Shown here: positions 37,144-46,293 of the stretch, piece after piece
Layout of the letters: each line of letters begins with the position of its first letter
Position numbering within the stretch: position 1 is the stretch's first letter
Origin: a virus
Lineage: Duplodnaviria; Caudoviricetes
Length of the DNA stretch: 58,181 nt
Strand: one strand, 5' to 3'
IMG/VR virus record: IMGVR_UViG_3300030330_005553
Span: 1-58,181 of that record
Made by a program: the position numbers and the translations under genes
Notes under the pieces: generated by a model
The model's database searches: none
What the model was told of the DNA's origin: nothing
What the model saw: the letters and a program-made list of their open reading frames with translations, nothing else

Positions 37144-38281
37144 AGAAACAATGTTACCTGTATTAGCACCCAAGGGTGGAAAGGAAGAAATACAAGCTTT
37201 ACAAGAAGTAATTGAAAGTGGCTGGTGGGGCAAAGGTCCTAAAGTTGCTGAGTTTGAAGAAAAGTTTGCTGAAATGGTAGGACACAAGTATGCATGTGCT
37301 GTTACTAGTGCTTCACATGGACAGGATTTAATCATGAAAGCTATGGGGTTTAAAGGAATTGATGTTATTAATCCCACTATATCTTTTATAGCAACTGCTA
37401 TGGTGCCTTTGTGGAATGGATTTACATCTAATATAGTTGATGTTTTACCAGATACAATGTGTATTGATCCTAAAGATGTAGAGAAGTATAAGAAACCAAA
37501 CAGTGAGGTCATGATAGCAGTTAATCAAGCTGGTGTTTCATGTGATTTTGAGGCTCTACGAAAAGTATTTGGTGGATTCATACTCGAAGATACTGCTCAT
37601 AGTTGTTACACACCTGGTGCTGGACACGGCGGTGATGTGGCAGTTTGGTCATTTCAAGCAGTAAAGACAATGCCTTGTGGTGATGGTGGAATGATAACTA
37701 GTGATGATAAAGAATTGATAGAGAGGTGTAGAGAAAGAACTTGGTTTGGTGTTTCATCAACATGGAGTAGGGCTAGTGGTGCTAAACCTGGATACGCTTG
37801 GGACTATCAGGTTGATGTACTTGGTTACAAATACTACATGATTGATATCATGGCTGCTATCTGTTTAGAACAGATGAAAAAGTTACCTGCTAATTTAGAA
37901 TTTCGTAGACATGTACAAAAAAGATATAATGACGAACTACATCCAATCATAGAAAGACCATATCACACAGAAACCGTTCAGTATTATTGTGCTAAACTAC
38001 CGTGGAAGTTTGAAAATTTGGCACCAGATGGTAGTGGATATAGTAAAAAGATAACGAGAGATAATTTAATAGATTATCTTGCGAGTAAAAAGATTCACAC
38101 TTCTGTACACTTTAAACCACTTCACAAGTATGAACCCTTGAAACAAGATAGAGATTATCCTGTTGCTGATAGAGAGTGGTTAAAATTAATATCTTTACCA
38201 GTTCATAATAGGATGGTTGAGGATGATATTGATTATGTTATCTATTGGGTAAATAAATGGATAGAGGAACATTATTTATAA
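37133..38281 (+). CDS. DegT/DnrJ/EryC1/StrS PLP-dependent sugar aminotransferase
   Basis: EDTAH, SFQAVKTMPCGDGG, SLPVH. Confidence 0.9.
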   Translation: MEIRETMLPVLAPKGGKEEIQALQEVIESGWWGKGPKVAEFEEKFAEMVGHKYACAVTSASHGQDLIMKAMGFKGIDVINPTISFIATAMVPLWNGFTSNIVDVLPDTMCIDPKDVEKYKKPNSEVMIAVNQAGVSCDFEALRKVFGGFILEDTAHSCYTPGAGHGGDVAVWSFQAVKTMPCGDGGMITSDDKELIERCRERTWFGVSSTWSRASGAKPGYAWDYQVDVLGYKYYMIDIMAAICLEQMKKLPANLEFRRHVQKRYNDELHPIIERPYHTETVQYYCAKLPWKFENLAPDGSGYSKKITRDNLIDYLASKKIHTSVHFKPLHKYEPLKQDRDYPVADREWLKLISLPVHNRMVEDDIDYVIYWVNKWIEEHYL

Positions 38282-38284
38282 ATC

Positions 38285-38491
38285 ATGACAGACTTACAAT
38301 CATCATTAAAATCAAAGGGTAAGCATGTAACTCAAATCATACATTTTGTTGGTGGTGTAAAGCGTACTTTTGAGGGTATAAAAACTGCTGAAATAAAACA
38401 AGGTCAGATGACTAAGTTGGAGACAAAGGATGGTAGAATTATAATGATAAATGACAAAAATGTTTTGTGTATAGAGGTTTTCAGTGAGTAA
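38285..38491 (+). CDS. Hypothetical protein
   Basis: 68 aa, overlaps next gene. Confidence 0.6.
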   Translation: MTDLQSSLKSKGKHVTQIIHFVGGVKRTFEGIKTAEIKQGQMTKLETKDGRIIMINDKNVLCIEVFSE

Positions 38492-39176
38492 GGTTTTAGT
38501 AATAGGTGATGGATTATTGGGATCAGAGTTGGTAAAACAGACTGGTTGGGATTATGTTAGTCGAAAGAAAAACAAAAAATCATTAGATATGTTAATGGGT
38601 ATTATTTTATGTGATGATGCTGATACTATTGTGAATTGTATTGCAAATACAGATACATATTCCGATGATAAGGAATCGATGTTGAACATAAATTATAAAT
38701 TTGTAGTTGATTTAGTAAATGAGTTAGAAATTGGTTATCATCCAAAAAAGAAACTAGTTCAAATCTCTAGTGATTATGTATACAGTAATTCAGTTCAGTA
38801 TGCTAGTGAGGTTGATGTTCCTATACATAATGAGAGTTGGTACTCGTATAGCAAATTACTTGCAGATGCACACATAGAAAATTTTTCAAAGAATTATCTT
38901 ATATGTAGAATGACTCACAAACCAAATCCGTTTCCATATGATAAGGCCTGGAAAAATCAAATTGGTAACTTTGATTATGTTGATGAGCAAGTAAAGAGAT
39001 TGATAAAATTGATAGAGGTTGGAGCTAGCGGAATTGTTAATGTTGGTGGAGAGGATACTTCAATGTATGAGTTAGCATTGAAAACCAATCCTAAAGTTGA
39101 ACCAAATGAATGTGAACATCCTGTTCCAAATATTTTAACTATGAATACAGATAAGATGAAGGAGTTATTGAAATGA
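38484..39176 (+). CDS. RmlD-like NDP-4-keto-sugar reductase (compact)
   Basis: GDGLLG, NCIANTD, ISSDYVY, YSYSK. Confidence 0.8.
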   Translation: MSKVLVIGDGLLGSELVKQTGWDYVSRKKNKKSLDMLMGIILCDDADTIVNCIANTDTYSDDKESMLNINYKFVVDLVNELEIGYHPKKKLVQISSDYVYSNSVQYASEVDVPIHNESWYSYSKLLADAHIENFSKNYLICRMTHKPNPFPYDKAWKNQIGNFDYVDEQVKRLIKLIEVGASGIVNVGGEDTSMYELALKTNPKVEPNECEHPVPNILTMNTDKMKELLK

Positions 39177-39877
39177 AAGTAGGTGTTGTAGTTACTATGC
39201 ATCATTCTGAAGAGAATAGACCTTATGGTAAAGATTTAATGCATAAGCTTATATCCACTCTGTATGAAAATTTAAAATATAATTTTAATCTTTATATAGT
39301 AGATAATCAATCAGATACTAAGTTTGATATGCAATCTGAAGAAAATAATGTATGGTATCATTATGTAGAAAATCAATTTGAGACTGGATTAACAGGTGCT
39401 TGGAATTTGGGTATAAAGAAAGCTGTATCTGATAATTGTGATATTATTTTAAATGTAAATGACGATATTGAGTTTAACCCAACTATTAATAATTTTATTG
39501 ATGTTGTTAAAAATCACAAACATAAAGATTTAAGTTTTTTTGGTCCAGTATCTGATGGATTCGTTGGTCAACCAACACAATTACAAAAAGGTCCTATAGA
39601 TGATTTAATAGAATTGAGTGGCACTGATTGGAATAGTATAATTGGTGGGTTTTTTACTGGATTTACTAATAATTTTTTTCACAAGTTCAAAGACGAAAAT
39701 GATAATTTATTTTTACAAAATCATAAATATAACGGAGGAGATGGTAAATGGGGTGGTCAAGAAGGTATACAGATACTTTGGAAAAATGATGGAGCTAAAA
39801 TTTTTGTGGTCGGAACTTGTTGGATAAAACATCATAAATTCAGAGATTGGAAAACAGCTAAATCTAATGATGAGTGA
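39173..39877 (+). CDS. GT-A (GT2-like) glycosyltransferase
   Basis: IVDNQS, GLTGAWNLGI, NDDI. Confidence 0.75.
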   Translation: MKVGVVVTMHHSEENRPYGKDLMHKLISTLYENLKYNFNLYIVDNQSDTKFDMQSEENNVWYHYVENQFETGLTGAWNLGIKKAVSDNCDIILNVNDDIEFNPTINNFIDVVKNHKHKDLSFFGPVSDGFVGQPTQLQKGPIDDLIELSGTDWNSIIGGFFTGFTNNFFHKFKDENDNLFLQNHKYNGGDGKWGGQEGIQILWKNDGAKIFVVGTCWIKHHKFRDWKTAKSNDE

Positions 39878-39910
39878 TATAAATAATTTATTTATGGGAG
39901 AAATATCTAT

Positions 39911-40909
39911 ATGAAATATTTAATAACGGGAGTTGCTGGACTTCTTGGTTCAAGGTTAGCAGATTGGTTGATAGAAAATACAAATCATCAGATCATCGGT
40001 ATTGATGACCTAAGTGGGGGTTATATAGACAATATCAATGAAAATGTAGAGTTTTATAAGTTTGATTTATCTAATGGTAGTGATGTAGAAAGGTTATTTG
40101 ATAAAGTAAAACCAGATATAGTTTATCATTTTGCTGCATATGCTGCTGAAGGATTGAGTCCCTTTATGAGAACTTATAACTATAAAAATAATTTAATATC
40201 TACTGCAAAAATTATAAATGGATGTATCAACCACGATGTAAAAAGATTAATTTTTACATCATCTATGGCAGTTTATGGTAATGGTTGGAATGGAAAAAGA
40301 CCATTTCATGAGGATGATTTACCCTCACCAATTGATCCATATGGGATTGCGAAAATGGCTTGTGAGATGGATATTCAAGTTGCCGGTGAGCAACATGGCT
40401 TGGATTGGTGTATTATCAGACCACATAATGTGTATGGTGAGAAACAAAATATTTGGGATAAGTATAGAAATGTTTTAGGTATATGGATGTATCAACACAT
40501 GAGTGGGGAATCGATGACAATTTTTGGAGATGGTGAACAAACTAGAGCTTTCAGTTATATTGGAGATTGTTTAAGACCACTATATAATGCAGGAGTTAAT
40601 GAAAAAGCTTCTAAAGAAATTATAAATCTTGGTGCTACTAAATTCTATACAATTAACGAAGCAAATAAAATATTAAGAAAAGTTATTACCGAAGGTAAAA
40701 CTTCTTATAAAGAACCAAGGCATGAAGTTAAAGATGCGTATCCAACTTGGGATAAATCAGAAGATTTGATTGGATATCAATTTAAAACTGATTTAGAAGA
40801 AGGTTTACGTTATATGTGGAAATGGGCTAAACAACAACCTAGTAAATCAAGAAAATTTTGGGAATCGTATGAGATTGAGAAGGACATATATGATTTTTGG
40901 AAAAAATAA
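39911..40909 (+). CDS. NAD-dependent nucleotide-sugar epimerase/dehydratase
   Basis: TGVAGLLG, HFAA, TSSMAVYG, YGIAK, RPHNVYG. Confidence 0.9.
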   Translation: MKYLITGVAGLLGSRLADWLIENTNHQIIGIDDLSGGYIDNINENVEFYKFDLSNGSDVERLFDKVKPDIVYHFAAYAAEGLSPFMRTYNYKNNLISTAKIINGCINHDVKRLIFTSSMAVYGNGWNGKRPFHEDDLPSPIDPYGIAKMACEMDIQVAGEQHGLDWCIIRPHNVYGEKQNIWDKYRNVLGIWMYQHMSGESMTIFGDGEQTRAFSYIGDCLRPLYNAGVNEKASKEIINLGATKFYTINEANKILRKVITEGKTSYKEPRHEVKDAYPTWDKSEDLIGYQFKTDLEEGLRYMWKWAKQQPSKSRKFWESYEIEKDIYDFWKK

Positions 40910-40927
40910 TTTTAAGGGGAATATACA

Positions 40928-41683
40928 ATGAAAACACGAAGTACTGGTGAAACATTTGAACGGTTATGTGATATGTTAGACAATAATTCTAAGGTATATT
41001 ATAGTAGATTTGGAGATGGTGATTTTAACATAATGAATGGGAAAAGAGAAAAGATGCATAAATGGTCACCAGAGTTACAACAAGAATTAAGAGAGGCTTT
41101 TGCAATAGATCATCCAAATTATTTAAGAGGTGCTATGGTAAACTATCCTTTAGAAGAAGGTATGGATTGGGGAGTTTTTGCACCAGCAACAAATAATGCG
41201 GAGATAGAAAATTGGTTACTAACTAACCAAAAAATTGATTCCGATCATGTTTTCGATTCACATGTTATGATGGGTTACTTATCGCTTTTTAAACAAGATT
41301 TGATGATAGAATTTTTGAATAAATACATTAGACCAAAAAAGAAAATGCTTATAAATTGTTTATCTGAGGGAAGGGAATCATATGAACTAGATAAATTAGA
41401 AAGACTTGTCGGTAAAATAGATCATTTTGTTCAAGTTCCTTTTCATGACGCTTATTATAAAATAGATGAGTGGTGGCCAGAGATAGAGGAATTTATAGAC
41501 GAAGTGGAATTATGTATACCAGCAGCTGGTATGGCTGGTAGGGTAATACAAAAAAGATTATGGAATCTCGATAAAGAAATACATTCTATAGACTTAGGTT
41601 CTGTAGTTGATGCTGTTACTGAGAGGTCAACAAGAGCTTGGATGGTTAGAACCAATAACTCGGTTGAGGATTTATTAATATGA
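40928..41683 (+). CDS. GT-D fold (DUF1792-like) glycosyltransferase
   Basis: SRFGDGD, DAY..ID, AG..G, IDLGS. Confidence 0.7.
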   Translation: MKTRSTGETFERLCDMLDNNSKVYYSRFGDGDFNIMNGKREKMHKWSPELQQELREAFAIDHPNYLRGAMVNYPLEEGMDWGVFAPATNNAEIENWLLTNQKIDSDHVFDSHVMMGYLSLFKQDLMIEFLNKYIRPKKKMLINCLSEGRESYELDKLERLVGKIDHFVQVPFHDAYYKIDEWWPEIEEFIDEVELCIPAAGMAGRVIQKRLWNLDKEIHSIDLGSVVDAVTERSTRAWMVRTNNSVEDLLI

Positions 41684-42438
41684 ATATTCCTATATACATC
41701 GCAACTTCAAATGATTTTTTACCATTACTTAAACCATTTGCATATCTTTTTAATAAACATTGGTCTTCTAACCAAGAAGTTAATTTTTTAGGATATGATT
41801 TACCAAACTTCGAGTTACCAAAAAATTTTAATTTCATTTCACTTGGAGAACAAACAGATGTAAAAGATTGGAGTAATGATCTTATTAATTTTTTTAACTC
41901 CACAGATGACAGTCATTTTATATACACAGCAGAAGATCAATTTATTATTGACAATATAGATGAAAATATTTTAAATAAATTACTAGAGTTTACAGAAGAT
42001 GATAATGTTGGGAAAATTTGTTTAAATCATGGAGCAGCAGAAAATTCACACTTCAATGTTGACACGATAGATTACTTTGACATTATAGAATTAAATCAAA
42101 ATGCAGATTGGAGAAATTCATTACAATGGTCTATATGGAATAAAAGTCATTTTTTAAAGTGTGTAAAAAATGATATGAGTCAATGGGATTTTGAATTGAA
42201 GAGTTTAGGAAATAATTCTCCGATAAAAAATGATGGAGTACGAATATTAGGAACAGCAAAACAATTTGTAATTAATAACTGTAATGCCGTTAAAACAGGA
42301 GGCAAAGTCAATAAATTTAATTTTAAAAATCTTAATTTTAGTAGCATAGTTTCTAGGTGGTCAGATGGATCTTTGGTAGATGAGTTAGATCATAATATTA
42401 TAAATGAATTAAAAGAGAAGGGGTTGATACATGAATAG
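41680..42438 (+). CDS. Putative glycosyltransferase-like protein
   Basis: WSNDL...YTAEDQF...QWSIW...WDFE; context. Confidence 0.45.
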   Translation: MNIPIYIATSNDFLPLLKPFAYLFNKHWSSNQEVNFLGYDLPNFELPKNFNFISLGEQTDVKDWSNDLINFFNSTDDSHFIYTAEDQFIIDNIDENILNKLLEFTEDDNVGKICLNHGAAENSHFNVDTIDYFDIIELNQNADWRNSLQWSIWNKSHFLKCVKNDMSQWDFELKSLGNNSPIKNDGVRILGTAKQFVINNCNAVKTGGKVNKFNFKNLNFSSIVSRWSDGSLVDELDHNIINELKEKGLIHE

Positions 42439-42847
42439 ATTATATTCAAAAGTAAAAAAGAATTGTTTATTATTAACTATTTTAAGGTCAAGTGATCTTG
42501 TAGAGAATAGAATTGACATGAGTCCAGAGGAAGAATACTTACAAGTTTCAGGAAAAAAACTTACAGAAGGTACGAGTTTTAGACCACATAGACATAATAA
42601 ATTAACTAGAGAAATAGATAGGACAAATGAGGCTTGGGTATTTTTAAGTGGTAGGGTTAGAGCTAAATTTTATGATTTAGATGATTCTTTAATATTAGAT
42701 ACTGAGATGACAGCAGGAGATTGTGTTGTTGTGTTTAGAGCAGGACATGCTTTTGAGGTGCTAGAGGATGAAACAATATTATATGAATTTAAAAATGGTC
42801 CATATTATGGTGTAAAAGCTGATAAAACATACATAGGTGATAAATGA
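42431..42847 (+). CDS. Cupin-fold protein (WbuC/sugar isomerase-like)
   Basis: PHRH...E...GHAF...E.K.GPY. Confidence 0.7.
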   Translation: MNRLYSKVKKNCLLLTILRSSDLVENRIDMSPEEEYLQVSGKKLTEGTSFRPHRHNKLTREIDRTNEAWVFLSGRVRAKFYDLDDSLILDTEMTAGDCVVVFRAGHAFEVLEDETILYEFKNGPYYGVKADKTYIGDK

Positions 42848-43407
42848 AATTACATTTGGGTTGTGGGGATAAATATATTCCTGGATTTATTAATATAGAT
42901 ATACAAAATTTAGACAATGTAGATATTCAAGCTGATGTAATAGATTTGCCTTACGAAGACAATTCAGTAGACTTGATTTATGCATGTTCTATGTTGGAAC
43001 ATTTTGGTAGAAATAAAAATTTAGAGTTTTTTCGTCACACTAGTTGGAAAGATGTCTTGACATATTGGTATGAACTTCTTAAACCTACAGGTAAATTATA
43101 CGTAAGTGTTCCTGATTTTAAATCAGTGTGTAAAGAATATTTAGAAAATGGTGATTTGGAACGACTCATAGGAATAACTATTGGTGGTCAAAAAAATGAC
43201 GAAGATTTACATGGAATGCTATTTGATTATCATATTATATCTACAGAAATGAATAAGATAGGTTTTAAAAATATACAGAGGTATGATTGGAGAGATTTTG
43301 AAGCATTTTCAAATGAGGGGTATGATGATTTTTCAGCAGCTTATTTACCACATATGGATTTTGAAAATGGAAGATTAATGATGTTAAACATAGAAGGAAC
43401 AAAGTAA
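42844..43407 (+). CDS. Class I SAM-dependent methyltransferase
   Basis: KLHLGCG, INID, LEH, LKPTG, VPD. Confidence 0.8.
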   Translation: MKLHLGCGDKYIPGFINIDIQNLDNVDIQADVIDLPYEDNSVDLIYACSMLEHFGRNKNLEFFRHTSWKDVLTYWYELLKPTGKLYVSVPDFKSVCKEYLENGDLERLIGITIGGQKNDEDLHGMLFDYHIISTEMNKIGFKNIQRYDWRDFEAFSNEGYDDFSAAYLPHMDFENGRLMMLNIEGTK

Positions 43408-44498
43408 TGAAAGTTAATCAGTTTCAACCTTACATTGGGAACGAGGAATATGAGGCAATTAAATCTTGTTTTGATATAAATTGGATAACAGAAGGTCCTA
43501 AATCAAAAGAGTTTTCAGATAAGTTATTAAAATACTTTAATGCTGAATACGGAGTTTTTGCTAATAATGGTACTTTGTCATTATACTTGGGAATGAGGGC
43601 AATTGGTATAGGACCTGGTGATGAAGTTATAGTTCCAAATTTTACATTTATAGCATCTGCAAATTCGGTAGAGATGTGTGGTGCTAAGCCGGTATTTGTT
43701 GATATTAATATAGAAGATTTACAGATTAATATTGATGATTGTAGTAGAGTTTTAACCAATAAAACAAAAGCAATTATGCCTGTTCATTTATTTGGAATTT
43801 CTTCAAATATGGATGAGGTTATGAAATTTGCTAACGAAAATAATTTAAAAGTTGTTGAGGATGCAGCTGAAGCAATTGGAGTGAGATGGGATGGAAAACA
43901 TTGTGGTACATTTGGTGATGTTGGTTCTTGGTCTTTTTTTGCTGATAAAACTATAACAACAGGCGAGGGTGGTTATGTAAATACTAATGATGAAGAAATA
44001 TATAAAAACATGATGTATCTGAGAAATCAAGGGAGATTAAATCGTGGTTCATTTATTCATCCAGAAATAGGTTACAATTTTAGAATTACAGATATTCATG
44101 CTGCCATAGGTTTAGTTCAGTTAAGTAAATTAGATGTAATAATTGATAAGAAATTGAACTTGTTAAAAATGTATAAAGAAAAACTTAAAGATATTGATAA
44201 TATTAGAATAATAGAACCTAGTAGTTCTAAATCCAATCACGTACCGTTTAGAGTTGTGATAATGTCTGAAGAACCGATTAAAGACTTAATGGATGTTTTT
44301 GAAAAAAATGATATAGAAACTAGATCAGTTTTTTACCCTTTACATAAACAGCCTTGTTACAGCGGATACGGTAATGATGTTGATTTTCCTAATTCAATTT
44401 ATGCTTACGAGCATGGGGTTTGCTTACCATCATATCCTGAGTTAGAAGAAGAGAAGGTAGATTTTATATGCTCAGTTATAAGGAAATTTTATGATTAA
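43407..44498 (+). CDS. Perosamine synthase-like DegT aminotransferase
   Basis: MPVHLFG, EDAAEA, SFFADKTITTGEGG, GYNFR, LPSYP; adjacent to gmd. Confidence 0.8.
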   Translation: MKVNQFQPYIGNEEYEAIKSCFDINWITEGPKSKEFSDKLLKYFNAEYGVFANNGTLSLYLGMRAIGIGPGDEVIVPNFTFIASANSVEMCGAKPVFVDINIEDLQINIDDCSRVLTNKTKAIMPVHLFGISSNMDEVMKFANENNLKVVEDAAEAIGVRWDGKHCGTFGDVGSWSFFADKTITTGEGGYVNTNDEEIYKNMMYLRNQGRLNRGSFIHPEIGYNFRITDIHAAIGLVQLSKLDVIIDKKLNLLKMYKEKLKDIDNIRIIEPSSSKSNHVPFRVVIMSEEPIKDLMDVFEKNDIETRSVFYPLHKQPCYSGYGNDVDFPNSIYAYEHGVCLPSYPELEEEKVDFICSVIRKFYD

Positions 44499-45261
44499 AA
44501 CTATATTCATGGGTAAACATTCAGGCGGAAATAATAATTGTTTAGGTATAGACGCATTAAACTATCTATTAACTAGTGATAATTTTAATATAGTTAAGTG
44601 TATTTTAAACGAAAAAGATTTATTATATGATTTTTGTGTTGAACATAGTATTGACTTCGGGTTTGATTTTAGTAAGATTACAGAAGAATTTAATAATATT
44701 GATTTAATTATTTCATATGGGTTTAAAAATTTAATAAAAGAACCATTGATAAGTATGCCTAAAATAGGTTGTATTAATTTTCACCCAGCACCATTACCTG
44801 ATTGGCGTGGAATGGGTGGGGTGTTTAATTTTGCTTTATATGAACAAGTTAGTGAATGGGGAGTTTCATCACATTTTGTAGATAACTCATTTGATACGGG
44901 CGATTTAATAAAGGTTAATAATTTTAAAATAAATTCAAATGAAGAGACAGTATATTCATTAAACAAAAAAAGTCATAAAGAGTTAATTAAATTATTTTAC
45001 GAAGTTATGGGTATTGTGGTAAGTTGCGAAGATAAACCACAACATATTCCTAGAAAAAAACAAGTTGGGGGGAGATATATATCAAAATCTGATTTTAATA
45101 TGCTTAGAAAAGTAAATGAAGATGATACGGCTGATGTGATAGATAGAAAAATTAAAGCATTTTTTCATCCACCACATCACGGTGCATTTATAGAATTAGA
45201 TAACAAAAAGTATTCGTTAATTAATAGCAAAATGTTAAATAAAATTAAAATTGAGGAGTAA
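44491..45261 (+). CDS. Sugar N-formyltransferase (10-formyl-THF dependent)
   Basis: INFHPAPLPDWRG, GVSSH, FDTGD. Confidence 0.82.
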   Translation: MIKTIFMGKHSGGNNNCLGIDALNYLLTSDNFNIVKCILNEKDLLYDFCVEHSIDFGFDFSKITEEFNNIDLIISYGFKNLIKEPLISMPKIGCINFHPAPLPDWRGMGGVFNFALYEQVSEWGVSSHFVDNSFDTGDLIKVNNFKINSNEETVYSLNKKSHKELIKLFYEVMGIVVSCEDKPQHIPRKKQVGGRYISKSDFNMLRKVNEDDTADVIDRKIKAFFHPPHHGAFIELDNKKYSLINSKMLNKIKIEE

Positions 45262-45267
45262 GATCGT

Positions 45268-46239
45268 ATGAAGAAAAAAGCTTTTATAACAGGTATAGCT
45301 GGACAAGATGGCAGTTATTTATCTGAGTTACTTCTAGAAAAAGATTACGATGTATATGGAATCGTTAGAAGAAACTCTGTAGCAGAAAATCAATCGAGTA
45401 GATTAAATCATGTTAATTCAATGACTAATATTGAATATGGAGATTTAACTGATGTTAGTTCATTGGAGAGGATGATGAGAACAATTCAACCAGACGAGAT
45501 TTATAATTTAGGTGCACAATCTCATGTTAGAATTAGTTTTGATATACCACAATATACAGTTCAGACAAATGCTCTTGGGGTATTAAATATATTAGAGGCT
45601 TGGAGAAATAATTGTCCTACTGCTAGATTTTATCAAGCTTCATCATCGGAAATGTTTGGTCGTACAGTTGACGAGGATGGATATCAAAGAGAGACTACTA
45701 AAATGGAGCCGACTAGCCCTTATGGTTGTGCTAAGGTATTTGGATATAACATAGTTAGACATTACAGATTTGCCCACAATTTATTTGCGTGTAATGGTAT
45801 TTTATTTAATCACGAATCACCAAGAAGAGGTTCTAATTTCGTAACTAATAAGGTTGTTAAATCAGCTGTAGAAATTCACAGAGGTAAGAGAGAGAAATTA
45901 TCACTTGGTAATTTACATGCGTATCGTGATTGGGGACATTCAAAGGATTATGTTAGAGCAATGCATATGATTATAAATCACACTGAACCAGATGATTTTG
46001 TATGTGCTACAGGAGTTACCAATTCTGTTGGAGATATGTGTAATTATGTGTTTGATAAATTAGATTTAGATTATCGTGATTATGTTGAGGTAGATGAAAG
46101 ATATTTCAGAGCAGAAGAGTTAAAGTATCTCAAAGGTGATTCCACAAAACTTAGAGAAACACTTGGATGGGAACCTGAATATACATTTGAAACCTTAATG
46201 GATGACATGATTAATCATTGGTTAACAAAAATAAATTGA
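45268..46239 (+). CDS. gmd: GDP-mannose 4,6-dehydratase
   Basis: TGIAGQDGSYL, AQSHV, QASSSE, SPYGCAK, GILFNHESPRRG, RDWG. Confidence 0.95.
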   Translation: MKKKAFITGIAGQDGSYLSELLLEKDYDVYGIVRRNSVAENQSSRLNHVNSMTNIEYGDLTDVSSLERMMRTIQPDEIYNLGAQSHVRISFDIPQYTVQTNALGVLNILEAWRNNCPTARFYQASSSEMFGRTVDEDGYQRETTKMEPTSPYGCAKVFGYNIVRHYRFAHNLFACNGILFNHESPRRGSNFVTNKVVKSAVEIHRGKREKLSLGNLHAYRDWGHSKDYVRAMHMIINHTEPDDFVCATGVTNSVGDMCNYVFDKLDLDYRDYVEVDERYFRAEELKYLKGDSTKLRETLGWEPEYTFETLMDDMINHWLTKIN

Positions 46240-46258
46240 TGGTTTGTTCATCAAAGTA

Positions 46259-46274
46259 GATATTTATTAGTATA
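46259..46274 (+). promoter_or_regulatory. Putative late-promoter motif GATATTTATTAGTATA inside the glycosylation island
   Basis: Exact copy of 3504-3519. Confidence 0.55.
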
Positions 46275-46293
46275 CTAATTAGGTTATTACTAT

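Noticed and set aside
44491-45261. Methionyl-tRNA formyltransferase paired with the deformylase
   Set aside because: Shorter than Fmt and sandwiched between a sugar aminotransferase and gmd; sugar formyltransferase fits better
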